From: Callorhinchus milii
Lineage: Eukaryota
Direction of reading: 5' to 3'
Assembly (NCBI RefSeq): GCF_018977255.1
Contig: NW_024704743.1
Location: 57,228,001-57,292,000, forward strand
Length of the DNA stretch: 64,000 nucleotides
Positions 1 to 13,910 of this stretch are shown here, piece by piece (position 1 is the first letter of the stretch; each line of letters starts with the position of its first letter). The notes under the pieces are model-generated. The model saw only the letters and a program-made list of their open reading frames with translations. It was not told the DNA's origin and ran no database searches. The translations under genes and the position numbers were made by a program.

Positions 1-705
1 CTTTAGGTACAAACATTGGGACCTTTTAGGAGTATATCGCTTAGATTTATAATAGAACAGTAGTTTATCAACTCATCCACTGGGCAATCCACTTTGTTAT
101 TTATTTTCCCTTAAAAAACAAGAATGGATTTTGTTTGTGTGTTCATAGAAATTCACACTTGAGAAATTTGCTTTGTTGGGCCAAATGGCCTTTGCTCATC
201 TTGACTCTTCTGTTCTAACATTCTGAAAGTCATCCTTCTTCCATGTAGCTATGCTCGCCCACGTCTCTGCTGTTGAGTAGTTTTGCAGCTCTCACACATC
301 AGTTGCCTGTCAGTGCAAGCAGGCGTAGCGTTGTCCTGTGAGTGAATACCTGTCAGCTCGCTCAAATTGTACAGAAACAGATATGCTATTAATATTTTAG
401 AGTTTGCCAACTATACAGAACCAGTGATTGCAAGTCCCATTGGGGAATAGCTGCCTCACTCTTGCACCAATTATTGCTTTTGCTTAATACCCTCTTTCCA
501 TTATAGTTAAGTTCCCAAAGCTACACTCATCCTAAGGTTACTGCTGTGCATTACGTGACCATTGGTCATTTCATTTGTCTTAATAACTTATACAGGTCAC
601 CAGTATGAGAATGCAACACCGCAACCCATTGTGGTAAATGGTGATTCACTGCTCTCAGTCCCTCAGTGGTACCTCTATGGCAGCAGCATTTTTTTCAGGG
701 AGGGG

Positions 706-1060
706 GGATTTCCTGCAGCTTAGCGGTCAGAGCACATGCCTGGCAAGCGAGAGAACCTTGGTTCGATTCCCGGGCAGGCCGAAATGTTGTACAAGTTTCC
801 TTCCTCCACGTGCCTTTGTTTACCTAGCAATAAGTAGGAACCCGGTTGTTAGTTGATTGGCGGATCACTTTACCGGGGGTAATAATCCCTTCAAAAAAAT
901 AATAATAATTTGGTCACTCAATCCAAGACTGTTTGTGGGATACTGATGTGTGCAATTAGCTGCCGTGTTTCTCCCACAAAATTCACTACAGTCAATTCAC
1001 TTTCTAGTATATTCTGTCAAGTGCTTTGAAACATCTCGCAGACTTGATAAGGCGCTATAT
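706..1060 (+). mobile_element. tRNA-derived SINE, long subfamily (resembles elephant shark SINE2-1_CM)
   Basis: tRNA-like head (GCAGCTTAGCGG..GGTTCGATTCC), internal TTTACCTAGCAATAAGTAGGAACCCGG segment, L2-like 3' end. Confidence 0.85.
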
Positions 1061-2199
1061 TAGTGGTTGGCAAACTTTTACTGAGGTGTGCCAGTGTGAG
1101 CCCGATAGACGTATTGCCATGCCACTAAAAAATAATAAAATTAAAGAGAAAAGAAAAATATTACTGGAAAAGAAAGATGCATTTAGTAAGAAATTCACAA
1201 TAAAAGGGTTCGTAACTCTGTCTGTCCAGTACCCTGGGACGTCCTCCCGACATGAAAGGCGCTTTACAAATGTAATTTTGTTGTTTTGTTGTTGTAAAAT
1301 ATCAAACTTAATGATATTAGTTACTTAATGAGGCTTCTGAATTTGTTTTTGTACATAATATCTTCAATATTTGGATTCAGTTTTGAGCACGCCACTAGAA
1401 GAAGATTATTAAGATGTTAGTTTGGAACCGTATTTATAGTTTGTGAAGTTCATGGTGGAAAAGGACTGCTCACAGGTGTAGGTTGATCTGAATCTGCACA
1501 CATATCAAAAGGCATGGTCATGCAATTTATGAAAATCATTCTTAGGGATGAATATCCAAAACGACCATTGGAGTATGGATCTACTATGGACACGCATGCA
1601 CTAACTAGAAGCATAATAAAACTTGCAGTAGGCACTAACCAGGTAGCTTTCCATGCTTAAACAGTGGTTGACTTCTGGGTCATCAGGTCACCATTAACAT
1701 CACTTCCTGCATGCTATATGCACGAAGCATCATTGACATCACTTTGCAAAGGAAGTCCCCATGTTTAAACCGAGGCTGATAATGCAGAGCTGAGATATTG
1801 GTCACTCACTTCGTGGCTGTTTGTTGGACACAGCTGTGCGCAATTGGCTGCCGTGTTTTGACCACCAAATGCAGTCAATCCAATTTACAGTGTATCCTGT
1901 GAAGCACTTTGAGAAATCTCAACAACATAATAAGGCACTATATCAAATACAAGGATTATTATAATTATTATTGGACCCAGGTGACTGCATCATAACAAGT
2001 TTGCCCTGTAGCACGTATGATGTCAAAAGCTCTTCACAGCTAATTGCCATAAAGATCCTGTGTTTGTAGACACAGCAGTCTATTTGCACACAGCTGCATC
2101 CCACAAACAGCCATGAAATTAATGACTTCATCTGGGGGATTGTTAGCCAAAAATGCTGCCATCTCTTTGCAAATAATAGTTGTGGGATCTTGTTTAACA

Positions 2200-2335
2200 A
2201 GAAATTCCTTCGATCCACCATTCCAGCCAAGGGACATTCCCATGCATAGGTGGCACACGTACATATGTGAAACTCTCAGTCTGGTTTGGATAATCTTAAG
2301 CGTGGCAATGGGTTGTCCCAAGCTGCCGAGTAAAA
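2200..2335 (+). repeat. Fragment of unclassified interspersed repeat X (3' part)
   Basis: GAAACTCTCAGTCTGGTTTGGATAATCTTAAGCGTGG matches copies near 28770 and 55110, and the reverse complement near 3650 and 47290. Confidence 0.7.
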
Positions 2336-2679
2336 CCCTCAGATCTAGAGATTAGTGTGAAACCAACAAGAGCCAGACTAACATCTGACGTTGATCCAAT
2401 CTGCCGTGGATTTTGAACATCTGCAGCACATTCTTGCTAATACTTCTACTGAGAGAGACCCGACTAGAGATTTGAAACCAATGCAAGTGTTTCCTTTTAA
2501 AAACAAAAACAAAGCTTTAAAGTGAGCAAAGGCTACTCACTCACGTGAATCACCTCAGCGGAGGGACTTTCATTTCCTGTAAAGTATCTAAAATTCAAAG
2601 TGATTGGGTTGGATATTTTCTTGTTGATCAGATTCTTTTATTTGACTCAATATGGACTGAAAAGTAGGATTTTGCATGA

Positions 2680-3040
2680 GTTTTGCAGTCTTTTATTCCC
2701 TTCACTTTCTGGCACCTCCCTACCTCTCTGACCTACTCACTCCCCAATCCACCACCTGGCGCCTCTGTTCAACTGGCACCGGCCTCCTGCTTGTTCCTCG
2801 CATCCTCCGCTCCACCATTGATGCTTTCAGCCCCTATACCTCAAAACTCTGGAACACTTTCCCTCAATCCCTCCGCTTTGCTCTCTCTCCCCTTTTTCAA
2901 GTCCAGCCTGAAAACCTTCCTTTTCGACCATGCTCACAGTCACCTCCCCCCTATAGCTTGGAGTCAGGCTCCGCCACTGTTAAGCGCTCTGTGATGCTAT
3001 CCTCCCTGGAGAATGCTATATAAATGCAAGTTGTTGTTTT
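2680..3040 (+). mobile_element. L2 LINE 3' fragment (family b)
   Basis: LAPPYLSDLL..KLWN ORF2 C-terminal motif; tail GGAGTCAGGCTCCGCC..GCAAGTTGTTG. Confidence 0.85.
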
Positions 3041-3607
3041 ATCAGCCGAAAGTGGTGAGACCCGGGGCTGCCTTGCAGGCTGCAGGGAGACAGAGCAGCA
3101 GGTGGCGGCATCTGGTGCAACCAGAGAGCAACATGTCTGTAATGACACAAACTGGCTGAGAAACAAGGCACTGAGCTCGAGATAGAGAGAGACACAGCCC
3201 GACCTGGATCCTACCTTCATGGGTCACTTTGCACTGTGCTCAGCCACTCATAGCTCAACCAGCTGCTGGTGTGGGAGAGTTTAGAGCCTAAAGTCCAGTT
3301 ATTTTTAAAATGAGTTGTGTCCCACTACCAAGGGCGTGGTGGTGGTTGGCCACCACTGCGCTACATCAAGTACCAAGATAATTATTATTATTATTTTTAT
3401 AATTTTCCTTGCTTCTGAAAGGTCTAATTTGGGGCTATTGAATGAGTAACACATTGTGCACAAATCATTTCCTGATGCTGTCTGCATATTGCATCCATTC
3501 TAGAGGGAACCAAGTAATAGTACACTTACTTGTTTTGCCACATATCATGTCAGCACAATTGTTGTTAAAATTAATAGCAACAGTCTCATTCTATTAACAT
3601 TCTAGAC

Positions 3608-3900
3608 ATGTTTTAGTCAGCCAGGTATCCAACATATACTTAAGATTATCCAAACCAGTCTGAGACTTCCACATGTGTATACCACATACACATGGATTTG
3701 AAATTCCCATGTGTCTGAACTGGAATGTGCTCTCTCTCTCTCTCTCTCTGGAGGAATGGAACAGCTTACCTGCTTACCTTCCTACAAAGCAATCAAGGTG
3801 CTTATCTAATTCCAGAGACTTTATTCACAGATTAGCAAAATACAAGGTTTGGTGACCCAGGGGTGTGGGTTGGAGTACTGTCAAGTTTCAGCAGCTAAAA
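3608..3900 (-). repeat. Fragment of unclassified repeat X
   Basis: Colinear with 62775-62950 and 32328-32475 (TGGAATG..CTCTC..CTGGAGG; GATTAGCAA..CAAGG..GACCC). Confidence 0.6.
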
Positions 3901-5247
3901 TCACACAGCTTGTCATTTAAACTAGAATACGTGATTTCAAAGTCCTGACATGGGACTGGAACCCACAACCTTCTGATGCAGTTAGTACGCAAAGGTCCTA
4001 CCAATTGCGCCAGGTTGACACCTGGGGACTTGTGACAACAAAAGGAAGATCAATTTATGTGTGTTTCAGTCTCTGAAAAAATACTTGATGTGCTGCAAAG
4101 TTAAAGTTTAAATGGTATAAAAAGTTTCATCATGATTATTAAAAAAATATTGTTATTTGATTATTATGTGCTGCAAATCGTAAATTAGACAGCTTCTAAT
4201 ATTTACAAACATAAGTCATAAATCCTGCTTTGAATCCTAGCTATCAAAATTGCAGATTAGACCCCAGTGTAGAATAAATAAAAAAATTACTGTGGGGAAG
4301 TGGTTAACAGACTACCCTTTTTCCTCTGGGTAAAACACAGGCCAGACAGGTGAGCACAAAAATCTTCACTGTGGGATTCCTTTGTAAAATGAGTCTGTGA
4401 TGTCTCATTCCAGTTTATAATGTGTACAGGCCCACAGTCCAGAACTGCTTGTAATTTATCATTGAACCTGCAGTCTCTCCCAGAAAGGCTTGTACAGGCA
4501 CGGGCAATGCAAACATGACACATTAGCTCAGGAGGAGCTTGGTCAAGATACATTGTTTAAGCCGAGTTAATGGTACTTTCCTTTCCATTTGACCAATGCC
4601 GTACGTGTTCTGAATACAGTTTAATGCCTCCACTGATTGATAAAAGCAGAAAAATATTCAATTTCCCAGCAGTGGCATCAGTCACCTTAATAGGTACAAG
4701 AGTTCATCAGGAGGGAATATATATATATATGTAAAATAGATTTGATTTTGTTGTCCACCATGCAACTGAATTGGATAATATTAACATTAGGTAGTCAGCA
4801 CTGGTCTGCACGTGCATTTACGTAACCAAATCCTGAATCTCCTCCCTCCCCTCCCCCAAAAAAGAGCTTATGTGGACTGTAAGAGGACACAAGCAAGGTT
4901 ATAAACATCCAGTCAAACCAAGTGTAAGATAACGCCACCTTGAATGTTACAGCTGACTCTGTGCTTCACTATCAAGCTGCTAGGCTGAGGCAAATACAGT
5001 CCACAGCGTCCTGTACAATATCAAAGCTAAGATTTCATCACTGAAGTAATTTTGGTGGTTTGTATTACTGCACTTGTGCACCCAGCAGTACAGGATTAAT
5101 ATGGGTCATCTGCAGGCTGACATTTGCTTGTTTGTATGGTATTCAGTTGAAAGCACCAGGTGCTTTAAATAAACAAACTGCTTGAATTGGTCATTTCTCA
5201 CTTGTCTTCACGTTAATAGCTGTACAATATCTGTGTATTGTGTATGT

Positions 5248-5267
5248 GGGGGGGGGGGGGGGGGGGG
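5248..5267. repeat. poly-G tract (20 nt)
   Basis: Read directly. Confidence 0.95.
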
Positions 5268-5499
5268 CGGTAAAGTCGTAGCAAAGTCCAATCTCGCTGA
5301 TCTTAGCACACCTGCAACTTTCAGCAAAGTTCTGACTAGGTAGCAGTCAGGTAAACAAGACCTGATATTCTTTCATTTGTTCACGGGCACAGATGTCATC
5401 TCAAGTATTCCAAAATGATAGTGGCAGAATGCAGTCCACTCAGCACAAACTAGGAAACATATCATCGTTTAGGTAAACAAGAGGCTAAGATAAAATTTC

Positions 5500-6308
5500 C
5501 TGCAAACTTCCTGCAGCTGAATGTGGAAAAGACGGAAGCCATACTCCTTGGCTCCCATCAACGTCTTCACTCCTGCAGATCTAAATTCCTCAACCTCCCT
5601 GAGCTCGCCCTCAGACTTACCAAACCAGTGCACAATCTAGACATCTGGTTCGCCCCCAGCTGTCTTTCCTCCCCCACATCCGGTCTCTGACTTTCTTCCA
5701 CCTCTGCCACATTGCCCGCCTCCAACCGTATCTTACCCCAAATGCAGCCAAAACCCTTGTGCATGAGTTTGTCACCTCACACTTGGATAACTCAAATACA
5801 CTCCTCAGTGGTCTCCCCAGATCCAGCTCATTCAGAACTCTGCCGCCCGCATAGTGACCCAACCAAACTCTGTACCCGCATCTCACCAGTTCTGGCCAGG
5901 CTTCAGGCTCGCAAACGGATCGACTTCAAGATCCTCATATTTGTGTTCAAATCCCTTCACTCCCTGGCACCTCCCTACCTCTCTGACCTCCTCACTCCCC
6001 AATCCACCACCCAGTGCCTCCGCTCAACTGGCACCGGCCTCCTGCTCATTCCTCGCACCCTCCACCCCACCATCAGAGGTTGCGCTTTCAGCCACTACAC
6101 CCTGAAAGTCTGGAACACTCTCTCTGATTTCCTCCGACTTGCCCCCCCTCTCCCCCTTTTCACGTCTTGCTTGAAAACCTTGCTCTTCAACCATGCTTAC
6201 AGCCACCTCCCCTCTCCCCCCGCCTTGGAGTCAGGCTCTGCAACTGTTAAGTACTCTGAGATGCTACCCTGCATGGAGGGCGTTATATAAGTGCAAATTG
6301 TTGCTGTT
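5500..6308 (+). mobile_element. L2 LINE 3' fragment (family b), decayed ORF2
   Basis: RIDFKIL..LAPPYLSDLL..WNTL motifs; same tail as 2680-3040. Confidence 0.9.
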
Positions 6309-6309
6309 T

Positions 6310-6685
6310 AGGTGTCAGTCTAATTCAGTTTACTCTGTGTCTGAAGGTTATGGGTTTAAGCCCATATTGGGTCTTTGAGCTCATAAGCTCGGCTGACACT
6401 TCAGTGTAGTGCTGGGGAAGTGCTGTATTGTTATAACGAAGTCCCATCTGCCTGTTCGGGTGGATGCTAGAGATCCAATTGCACCATTCGAAAAGGTAAG
6501 GGAGTTTCTCTCAGTGTCCTGGTCAACAGATACAATTGGTCATTCACTTCATGGCTTTGATGGGCATTACTGTGTGCAAACTGGCTGCCTTGATCACTGA
6601 TAAAAATGTCGAAGTAACTGAACTTCACAAAAACTCTGTGAAGCAGATTGAAATGGTTTAGGCACTATATCAAATGCAAGTAATA
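6310..6685 (+). mobile_element. Deu-domain SINE (SacSINE1-like)
   Basis: tRNA-like head, central TCTGCCTGTTC.GGTGGATG..GATCC Deu-like core, L2-like tail. Confidence 0.75.
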
Positions 6686-7878
6686 ACGTTTGTTTAAAAG
6701 TCAGGACCACACTGCACAATGCATGTATCCACCGAGCCATTGGAAGAGCAAAATTTGTTTCTGAGCACAATCTGAGTTGAGATACCAGAAAAGAAACTTA
6801 GGGGCTTAATGTTTACTAGCAAAAGAAAGCACGTTCTTCACCAGAAACTACTGGAGCAAAGGAGAAATAGATATTAACTTTATAGCTACTACAGAAAGAC
6901 AACACAGTCAACTGCTTTCATCTAGATGGAAAAGAGGAGTAATCTGTTACATTCTGTTGGTGCTTGACCATAAAAAGCTGGAAAAGAACTTCATTTGATG
7001 ACTATTCTGAAAGTTGCTATATATTCACATATGTGCCTGCTTTATTCTAGTTGAAGTGGAAATGTGCAAATCTGACAGCATTCCATCGTGGTGTTCATTT
7101 CATAGGACCTCAAGGGACTGGACCTAGAATTAATTTCTTCCAGAGGCTGAGTAAATTCCAGTCAACAGGAAACTTAAACCAATGAGTCTTGTTAGCTCCA
7201 ACTGCAACCAGCATTTTACATTTTATTAAAAACATTAGCAGTTATGTTTAACTTCAAAATTTAGCACGTTTCTTCACTTCCTTAAAAAAAACTGGGATGC
7301 ATATCTGATATTTATCCCGAAGGCTGTTATAAAATATTGGGTTTTTCAGCTCTTGTTTTCAGAGTGATGTTTTATTTGGATTTCAGGAAAAGATTTTTGA
7401 ATATGTTCAGTACTAAATATTGATTTTGATGAAGAATTTGAATGTAACATTATGTGTGTTTAGGTTAATGATGCTCATCTCCGAGAGTATTATTAAGCTT
7501 TTTAAAAGGTCCTCCCAACGTGAAAGGCATTGTATAAACATGAATTGTATTGTATTGCATCACTGCCAAGTAAACTACAGTGCAAAACATTTCACAAGGC
7601 TAGTTGCAATAAATTGCATGCCATCACATGATTGATCTTACATGTTCAGAGGACACTATTATTTGGTAGAATTGTCAGGAAAGATCCTGATGGAGCAGTG
7701 ATATGTTAGCAGACGTGCTACTTCTGAGTCATTATAGGCCATGATGACTTGACAGCATAGGTTATTTATGACTGTTTCAGGAGGCATAGGTCAGTTGAGT
7801 ATCAATCCAAATAAATGATCACTATGATAACAGCAAATTGCAGCAAAGGTTTCTTTGTGAGAATTCAGTATATGCACT

Positions 7879-8935
7879 ACAACAACAACAACAACAACAA
7901 CAAGATTCCATTTATAGCGCACCTTTCACGTCGGGAGGACATCCCAAGGCAATGGACAGTTGGGTCAGGACCCGAGGAGAGGGGAAATGGTCAGGGTGAG
8001 GGGAGGGAAGGGAGGGAGTGAGGAGGGGGTAGAGAGTCGAGAGGGGAGCTGAAGGTCGGTCAAAGAGAAAGGTCTTGAGACCGGCCTTGAAGGAGGAAAG
8101 GGAGGAAGCAACACAAAGGCACTGGTGGATGGAGTTCCAGAGCCTAGGGGCTGAAAGGCTGAAGGCCCGGCCACCGATGGTAGGGCAGTTGGGGCGGGGC
8201 ATGTGGAGCAGACCGGAGCCAGAGGAACGGAGGGTACGGGCAGGTAGGTAGGGGGATAGTAGGTCGGAGAGGTAGGAGGGAGTGAGGCCGTGAATGGCCT
8301 TGTAGGTGAGGATGAGGATCTTGAATTCGATCCTCTGGGGGATGGGGAGCCAGTGGCGGTGAGCGAGGGTGGGAGTGATGTGGTCGCGAAGCCTGGTGCG
8401 GGACAGTACACGAGCTGCAGAGTTCTGAATGACCTGCAGCTTGTGGAGGGAGGTGCCGGGAAGGCCGGCGAGGAGAGGGTTCCCATAGTCCAGCCTTGAG
8501 GTGATAAAGGCATGAACCAGAGTTTCAGCAGCGTGAGGGGTGACGTAGTGCTGTAGTCTGGCGATGTTCCAGAGGTGATGGAAGGCGGTGCCAGTTGTGG
8601 TGCGGATATGAGGGAGAAAGGACAGCTCAGGGTCGAACAGAACCCCAAGGTTTCTGATTGGCTTTGAGAGGTGGAGAGTGCAGCCTTGGATGCTGATGCT
8701 GTCAGCGCCTGAGGTGCGGAGGCGCTGACGTGAGCCAATCAGGAGGGCCTCAGTTTTGCGCACGTTGAGCTGAAGAAAATTGTCTCTTGTCCAGGACTCG
8801 ATGTCGGACAGGCAGCTGTCAGGACATCGGTGGTCGTGGAGTTGAGGGTAAAGGAGGAAAGGTAGAGTTGGGTGTCATCCGCATACATGTGGAAGGTAAC
8901 CCCATCTCTGCGGACATTGTCACCAAAGAGGAGCA
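7879..8935 (-). mobile_element. L2 LINE (family a), 5'-truncated, relatively young
   Basis: YADDTQLY RT motif, 283-aa ORF2 C-terminal frame, (GTT)n tail. Confidence 0.95.
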
Positions 8936-9126
8936 CTAAATAATAATATAGGCACTACAGCACATTCACAGTGTAGTGACAGTACATGCACTTACATTTA
9001 GAAAAGTACAGTAATGTCTGTAAATTTGAAGACAACTCTGTTAAAATGTCATTGTCTGGGTCCAATATCTCAGATATTATGTTGAAAGGAAGAGCAGAAA
9101 AATATCTGATTTTCCAGGTTGTCAGA

Positions 9127-9620
9127 TCAACAACAACAATAACAAAATTACATTTGTGTAGCGCCTTTCACATCAGGAGGACGTCCTAAGTTGCTGGACA
9201 GTCAGTGTTTCAGACCCAAGCTGGGGGTCGGGATTGGGGAGGATGGAGGGCATGGGGGGAAGGAGGGTCGAAGAGGAAGGTCTTGAGATGGGTCTTGAAG
9301 GAGGCAAGGAAGGGGGTGAATTGGAGGGACTGCGGGATGGAGTTTCAGAGGGTCGAGGCAGAGTGGTAGAAGGCCCGCCCGCCAATGCCACCATTGGTGG
9401 GTAGGTGAGGCAGGCCGGAGTCCGCTAAGCGGAGGGAGCGGGCAGGATTGTAGGGAGTTAGGAGGTTGAAGAAGTCGTGGGTAGCGAGGCCATGGAGTGC
9501 TTTCAAGGTGCGGACCAGGATCTTGAACTGTATCCTTTGTGGGATGGGAAGCCAGTGGAATTGAGCGAGGATGGGGGTGATAGGATCACGGTGTCTAGTG
9601 CAGGAGAGCAGAATGTCCCA
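9127..9620 (-). mobile_element. L2 LINE 3' fragment
   Basis: HWLPIPQRIQFKIL, IGGRAF motifs; (GTT)n tail. Confidence 0.9.
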
Positions 9621-9944
9621 AGGCACTGGATAGTGCAAGGTTTGCATCCAAACCAGGGTTGAGGGCCATGTAAAAACATATTAAAAGAGAGTGTAGGAAA
9701 ATGGCTGAATTGTGAGTCATCAGATAGCCGCTGACATCATTTCGCCCAGGAAGTATTACTGACTTCTGCATATTTTAGTGCAGGAAAATGGTTGGTCCAC
9801 ATTGGAAGTGTACCACACCTACACAGGGCACCTGCCTTAAAAGTGTACCCATGCTGTTTAAGAATGGGCTTGCCTTGTATTAATTCCTGGTCTCAGAACT
9901 ACATCAGATGTGATGAAACTCATAATCACTTTATCTTTTACACA

Positions 9945-11925
9945 AAAACAACAACAAAATTACATTTGTAAAGTGCCTTTCACATCAGGAGGACATCCCA
10001 AGGCGCTGGACTGACAGACTTTTGGATCTGAGCTGGGGGGAGGGGTGGGGGAGGGTAGAGGGCACAGGGGGAAGGAGGATGATCGAAAGCACAGTCAAAG
10101 AGGAGGGTCTTGAGATGGGTCTTGAAGGAGGCAAGGGAGGGGTCGAGGTGGAGGAACTGCGGGATGGAGTTCCAGAGGGTGGGGGCACATTGGCAGAAGG
10201 CCCGCCCGCCAATAGTGGGGCGAAGAAGGTGGGAGACATGAAGCAGACTGGAGCCCACTGGGCGGAAGGAGCAAGCAGGACGGTAGGGGATTAGGAGGGA
10301 GCAGAGGTAGAGGGGAGCCAAGATCATGGAGGGCTTTGAAGGGGAGGACAAGGATCTTGAACTGTCCTCTGTGTAATGGGAAGCCAGTGGAGTCAGGTGA
10401 GGATGGAGGTGATAGAGTCATGGAGCCTGGTGCAGGAAAGGACACAGGCTGCAGAGCTCTAGATGATCCGCAGCCTATGGAGGGAGGGGTTGGGGAGGCC
10501 GACAAGCAATGAGTTGTGGAGGCGCTGACAGGAGCCAATTAGGAGAGCCTCGGTCTTGTTGACATTCAATTGAAGAAAATTAGCTCTTGTCCAGGACTTG
10601 ATGTTTGACAGACTTTCTGTCCGGGCAGCAGTGGTCCTTGGAGTCAAGTGTGCAGGCAGAGAGATAGAGTTGGGTGTCATCCGCATACATGCGAAGTTGA
10701 CCCCGTGTCTGCGGATGACGTCACCAAGAGGGAGCATATAGATATTGGAGAGGAGGGGATCAAGTACAGAGCCCTGAGGAACACCGAACAAGATATTGTG
10801 AGTGCTAGAGGAGAAATCGTTTGTGGAGATGAAGTGGAGGTGGTATGAGAGGTACGATCTGAACCAGTCAAGAACAGAGCCGTGAAGGTTGAGGTGAGAG
10901 GAGAGGCGTTGGATGAGGATAGAATGGTCGATGGTGTCAAAGGCAATGGAGAGGTCAAGAATCAGGAGGCAGAGGGAGACCTGGTCGCAGATGGACAAAA
11001 TGTCATTTGTCACTTTGACCAGGGCTGTTTCTGTGCTGTGGGTGGCACGGAAACCTGATTGAAGGAAGTAGCGGGAGAGGCTGGACTGAAGCTGGGAAGC
11101 AACAACTCGTTCCAAGACCTTGGAGAGGAAAGAGAGGTTGGAGATGGGGTGATATTTTGAGAGTAGAGATGGGTCCAGGGAGGGTTTTTTAAGCATAGGC
11201 ATGATGACGGTCATTTTTAATGGGGTGGGAACAGTATCAAAGGATAGGGAGAGGTTTATGATGTCTGTGAGTAGAGCGGCAAGGAAGTGTAACTGGGAGG
11301 TAAGAAGAGGGAACAGGTGGTCGGTTTCATGCCAGTTATAGTGGTGGTGAGAGAGGAGTGGGAGACAGGTTCGAAGGTGTGAAGAGAGAGATGGGTAGGG
11401 GCCAGGGTGGGAGGGGGAGATAGGGAGTTTGTAGCAGACAGAATGGCAAAGGCAGCTGAGCGGATCCCCTCAACTTTAGATTCAAGGAAGTCCAGCATCG
11501 CCTCACAGTTGGCATTTGAGGTGAGGATGAGTGAGGGGTAAGAGAATGGAGGAGCTGGTTGGTGATGGAGAAGTGGAGCCTGAGGTTGTCCTTGGACTCC
11601 AAGATTGTATTGGAATAGAACAACAATTTAGCGGTGGCGAGGGTGGAGTGGTAAGATTTGATAAGATCTGGCCAGATCTGCTGATGGACAGTTCAGTTTG
11701 TTTTAAGCTAGGTGTGTTCAGTTGTACGCACCTGTGCTTTAAGGGAGTGGAAGTGGCTGGTGTACCATGGTGACTTATGTGAATAAGAGATGGTTTGGGA
11801 AGAGAGGGGAGCAAGGGAATCGAGAGTGGAGGAAAGGGAGCTGTGGAGAAGAGTGACCAGGGAGGATAGGTCATTGTGGGAGGAAGCCCAGATGGGAAGG
11901 AAAAGGAGTTCAGATGCCCTCGCGG
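9945..11925 (-). mobile_element. L2 LINE, decayed ORF2 with RT domain and an internal deletion near 10510
   Basis: QSGFRATHSTETAL, LDLSIAFDTIDH, GVPQGSVL motifs; frameshifted. Confidence 0.95.
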
Positions 11926-12259
11926 CAGAAATTGATTTATATGAAGGTGTTTTGTTCTTTTTGAATACATCTATTTATTCTCTTGTTTTTCTTCATATTG
12001 CCCCGGTTCAGCATCATCTCTTGGAAAGTATTATATTCCAACAAATGACATTTATTTGAATTGGTGTTAAAATGAAAGGAGTGAAACTGGCAAATTTATT
12101 CATAGATTCAATGTGATTATCAGTTCAAATCTGTTATGAAATGCCTCAAATTTCACCACTATAAATGATAAATGAAATAAATTATTCATCAATTCCAACA
12201 TAACAGTGTGTTAAAAGGTTGATAATCTTTTCTGTTAAGAGGTTGATATTCTCTTTTAT

Positions 12260-12500
12260 TGATTAGAGCATTCACCTCGCAAGCGAGAGGACCTGGGTTT
12301 GATTCCTGTGCAGGGTGAAATGTGAGGCAAGTTTCCTTATTCAAATGCCTCTGTTTAACTAGGAGTAAGTGGGAACTTGTTTTTTAGTCGATTGATGGAT
12401 TGCCTTTCCAGGGGTAATAATCCCCTAAAAAATAATAATAATTTGGTCACTCAATCCATGACTGTTTGTGGGACCCTGCTGTGTGCAATTGACTGCCTGT
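12260..12500 (+). mobile_element. tRNA-SINE long subfamily, partial
   Basis: Matches 706-1060. Confidence 0.8.
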
Positions 12501-12819
12501 TTAATGATCCAGAGACTACACTTAGTCCAAGATCCCAAATAAACATCATTGGATTAGAATGATTAACCCTCCCTGGTCAGTTCAACCACCGAATTTGAAA
12601 CACAGTCTGGTAAGGCTTCAGCAGACCATTTTATAGACATACTATCTAATCTAAGAACAGCTAAAAGCCTCCTCCTCCAGAAAGCCTCAGATATGGCAGG
12701 AAATTGTGTTTGTCCTGTCTTAATGGGATGCCAGCAGGAGTTCAGTGCCATAACTCCTGCGTACGACAATGTAGTGTCCACCACTTGTCCTATCCCCACT
12801 GACCACTTGTTTGCATTTT

Positions 12820-13337
12820 CTGTATGTTTTATGCAAATGTCCCACTGACAGTCATGAAGTGAATGACCAATTTTATCTGGGAGACTGATGACCGATGCAC
12901 TGGGAGAAACTCCCTTCTCTTTTTGAATAGTGTCATGGTACTTGAACAGGCAGATGGAACCTGGATTAAATGTCTCATCTGAAGGATGCTCCTCCAACAA
13001 TACAGCACACCCACAGCACTGCACCAAAGTGTCAGCCCAGACAAGGTGAGTTTCACAAAATTACAAGATTTGACCCATCTGATCTCATTCCTCTAGAACA
13101 CTCACCCTATCATTCCCCCCATTACTGCATCAAGCTGCTTTTTGAATGAGTCTATCACCTTTCCTGGCCCCGTGTTCCAGTCATTGATTACCCTCTGTGT
13201 ACAGAAGAACTTCCTGGTCTCTGTTCTGAAATAGCCTTGACAACTCTAAATCTATGTCCTCTTGTTCTAAAATAAAGTCCAGATGTGGGTCTTGAACACA
13301 CGAGACAAAAGTGTTACCTGCTGAGCTAGGCTGACAT
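12820..13337 (-). mobile_element. Deu-domain SINE interrupted by a CR1 3' fragment (about 13055-13275)
   Basis: Deu core at 12820-13045; head resumes 13276-13337; CR1-like sequence lies between. Confidence 0.65.
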
Positions 13338-13577
13338 GTTTGAGTTTTAACAGTGAATGCTGGTAAGTTTTTTTAACTATTGCAGTTTAGCCCAATCCTC
13401 TCATCATCTGCAACCTCCACATACATATCACATAAGAAACTATTCAGTTTGTAAATCTGTTCCACCAGTTTATTACATCTTGGCAGACCCTTTAATCCCA
13501 ATGCTTCGTCTTTTCGCATACCCCTTTACATCTCTACAGCCCAAGTATCTCCCTTTAAACCAATATCACATAGTCTA

Positions 13578-13910
13578 AGATGACACTCCAGCTGGAACGT
13601 GTTGAATTGTTGGAGGTGCTGCTCTTCAGATGAGATGTTAAAACAAGGTCCCGTTTGCCTGTTCAGATGGATTTTAAAGATCCCATGGTACTATTAGAAA
13701 AGAAAATAGAGTTTATCACAGGGTCCTGAGCAACAATCCCCCAAATAAAATTGGTCACTTACTTCATGGCTGATTTGGGAAATTGCACATATGAACTGTT
13801 GCATTTGCCTACAAATATACAACCACTACACTTTACAATATATCCAAAGAAGCACTTTTAAGCATCCTCCTGACATGAAAAGCTCATACCAAATCCAAGG
13901 ATTGTTATTA
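13578..13910 (+). mobile_element. Deu-domain SINE
   Basis: GGAGGTGCTGCTCTTCAGATGAGATGTTAAAAC..GATCCCATGG core. Confidence 0.8.

Noticed and set aside
4287..4553. 88-aa minus-strand ORF in unique DNA
   Set aside because: No recognisable domain, codon bias or matching splice structure
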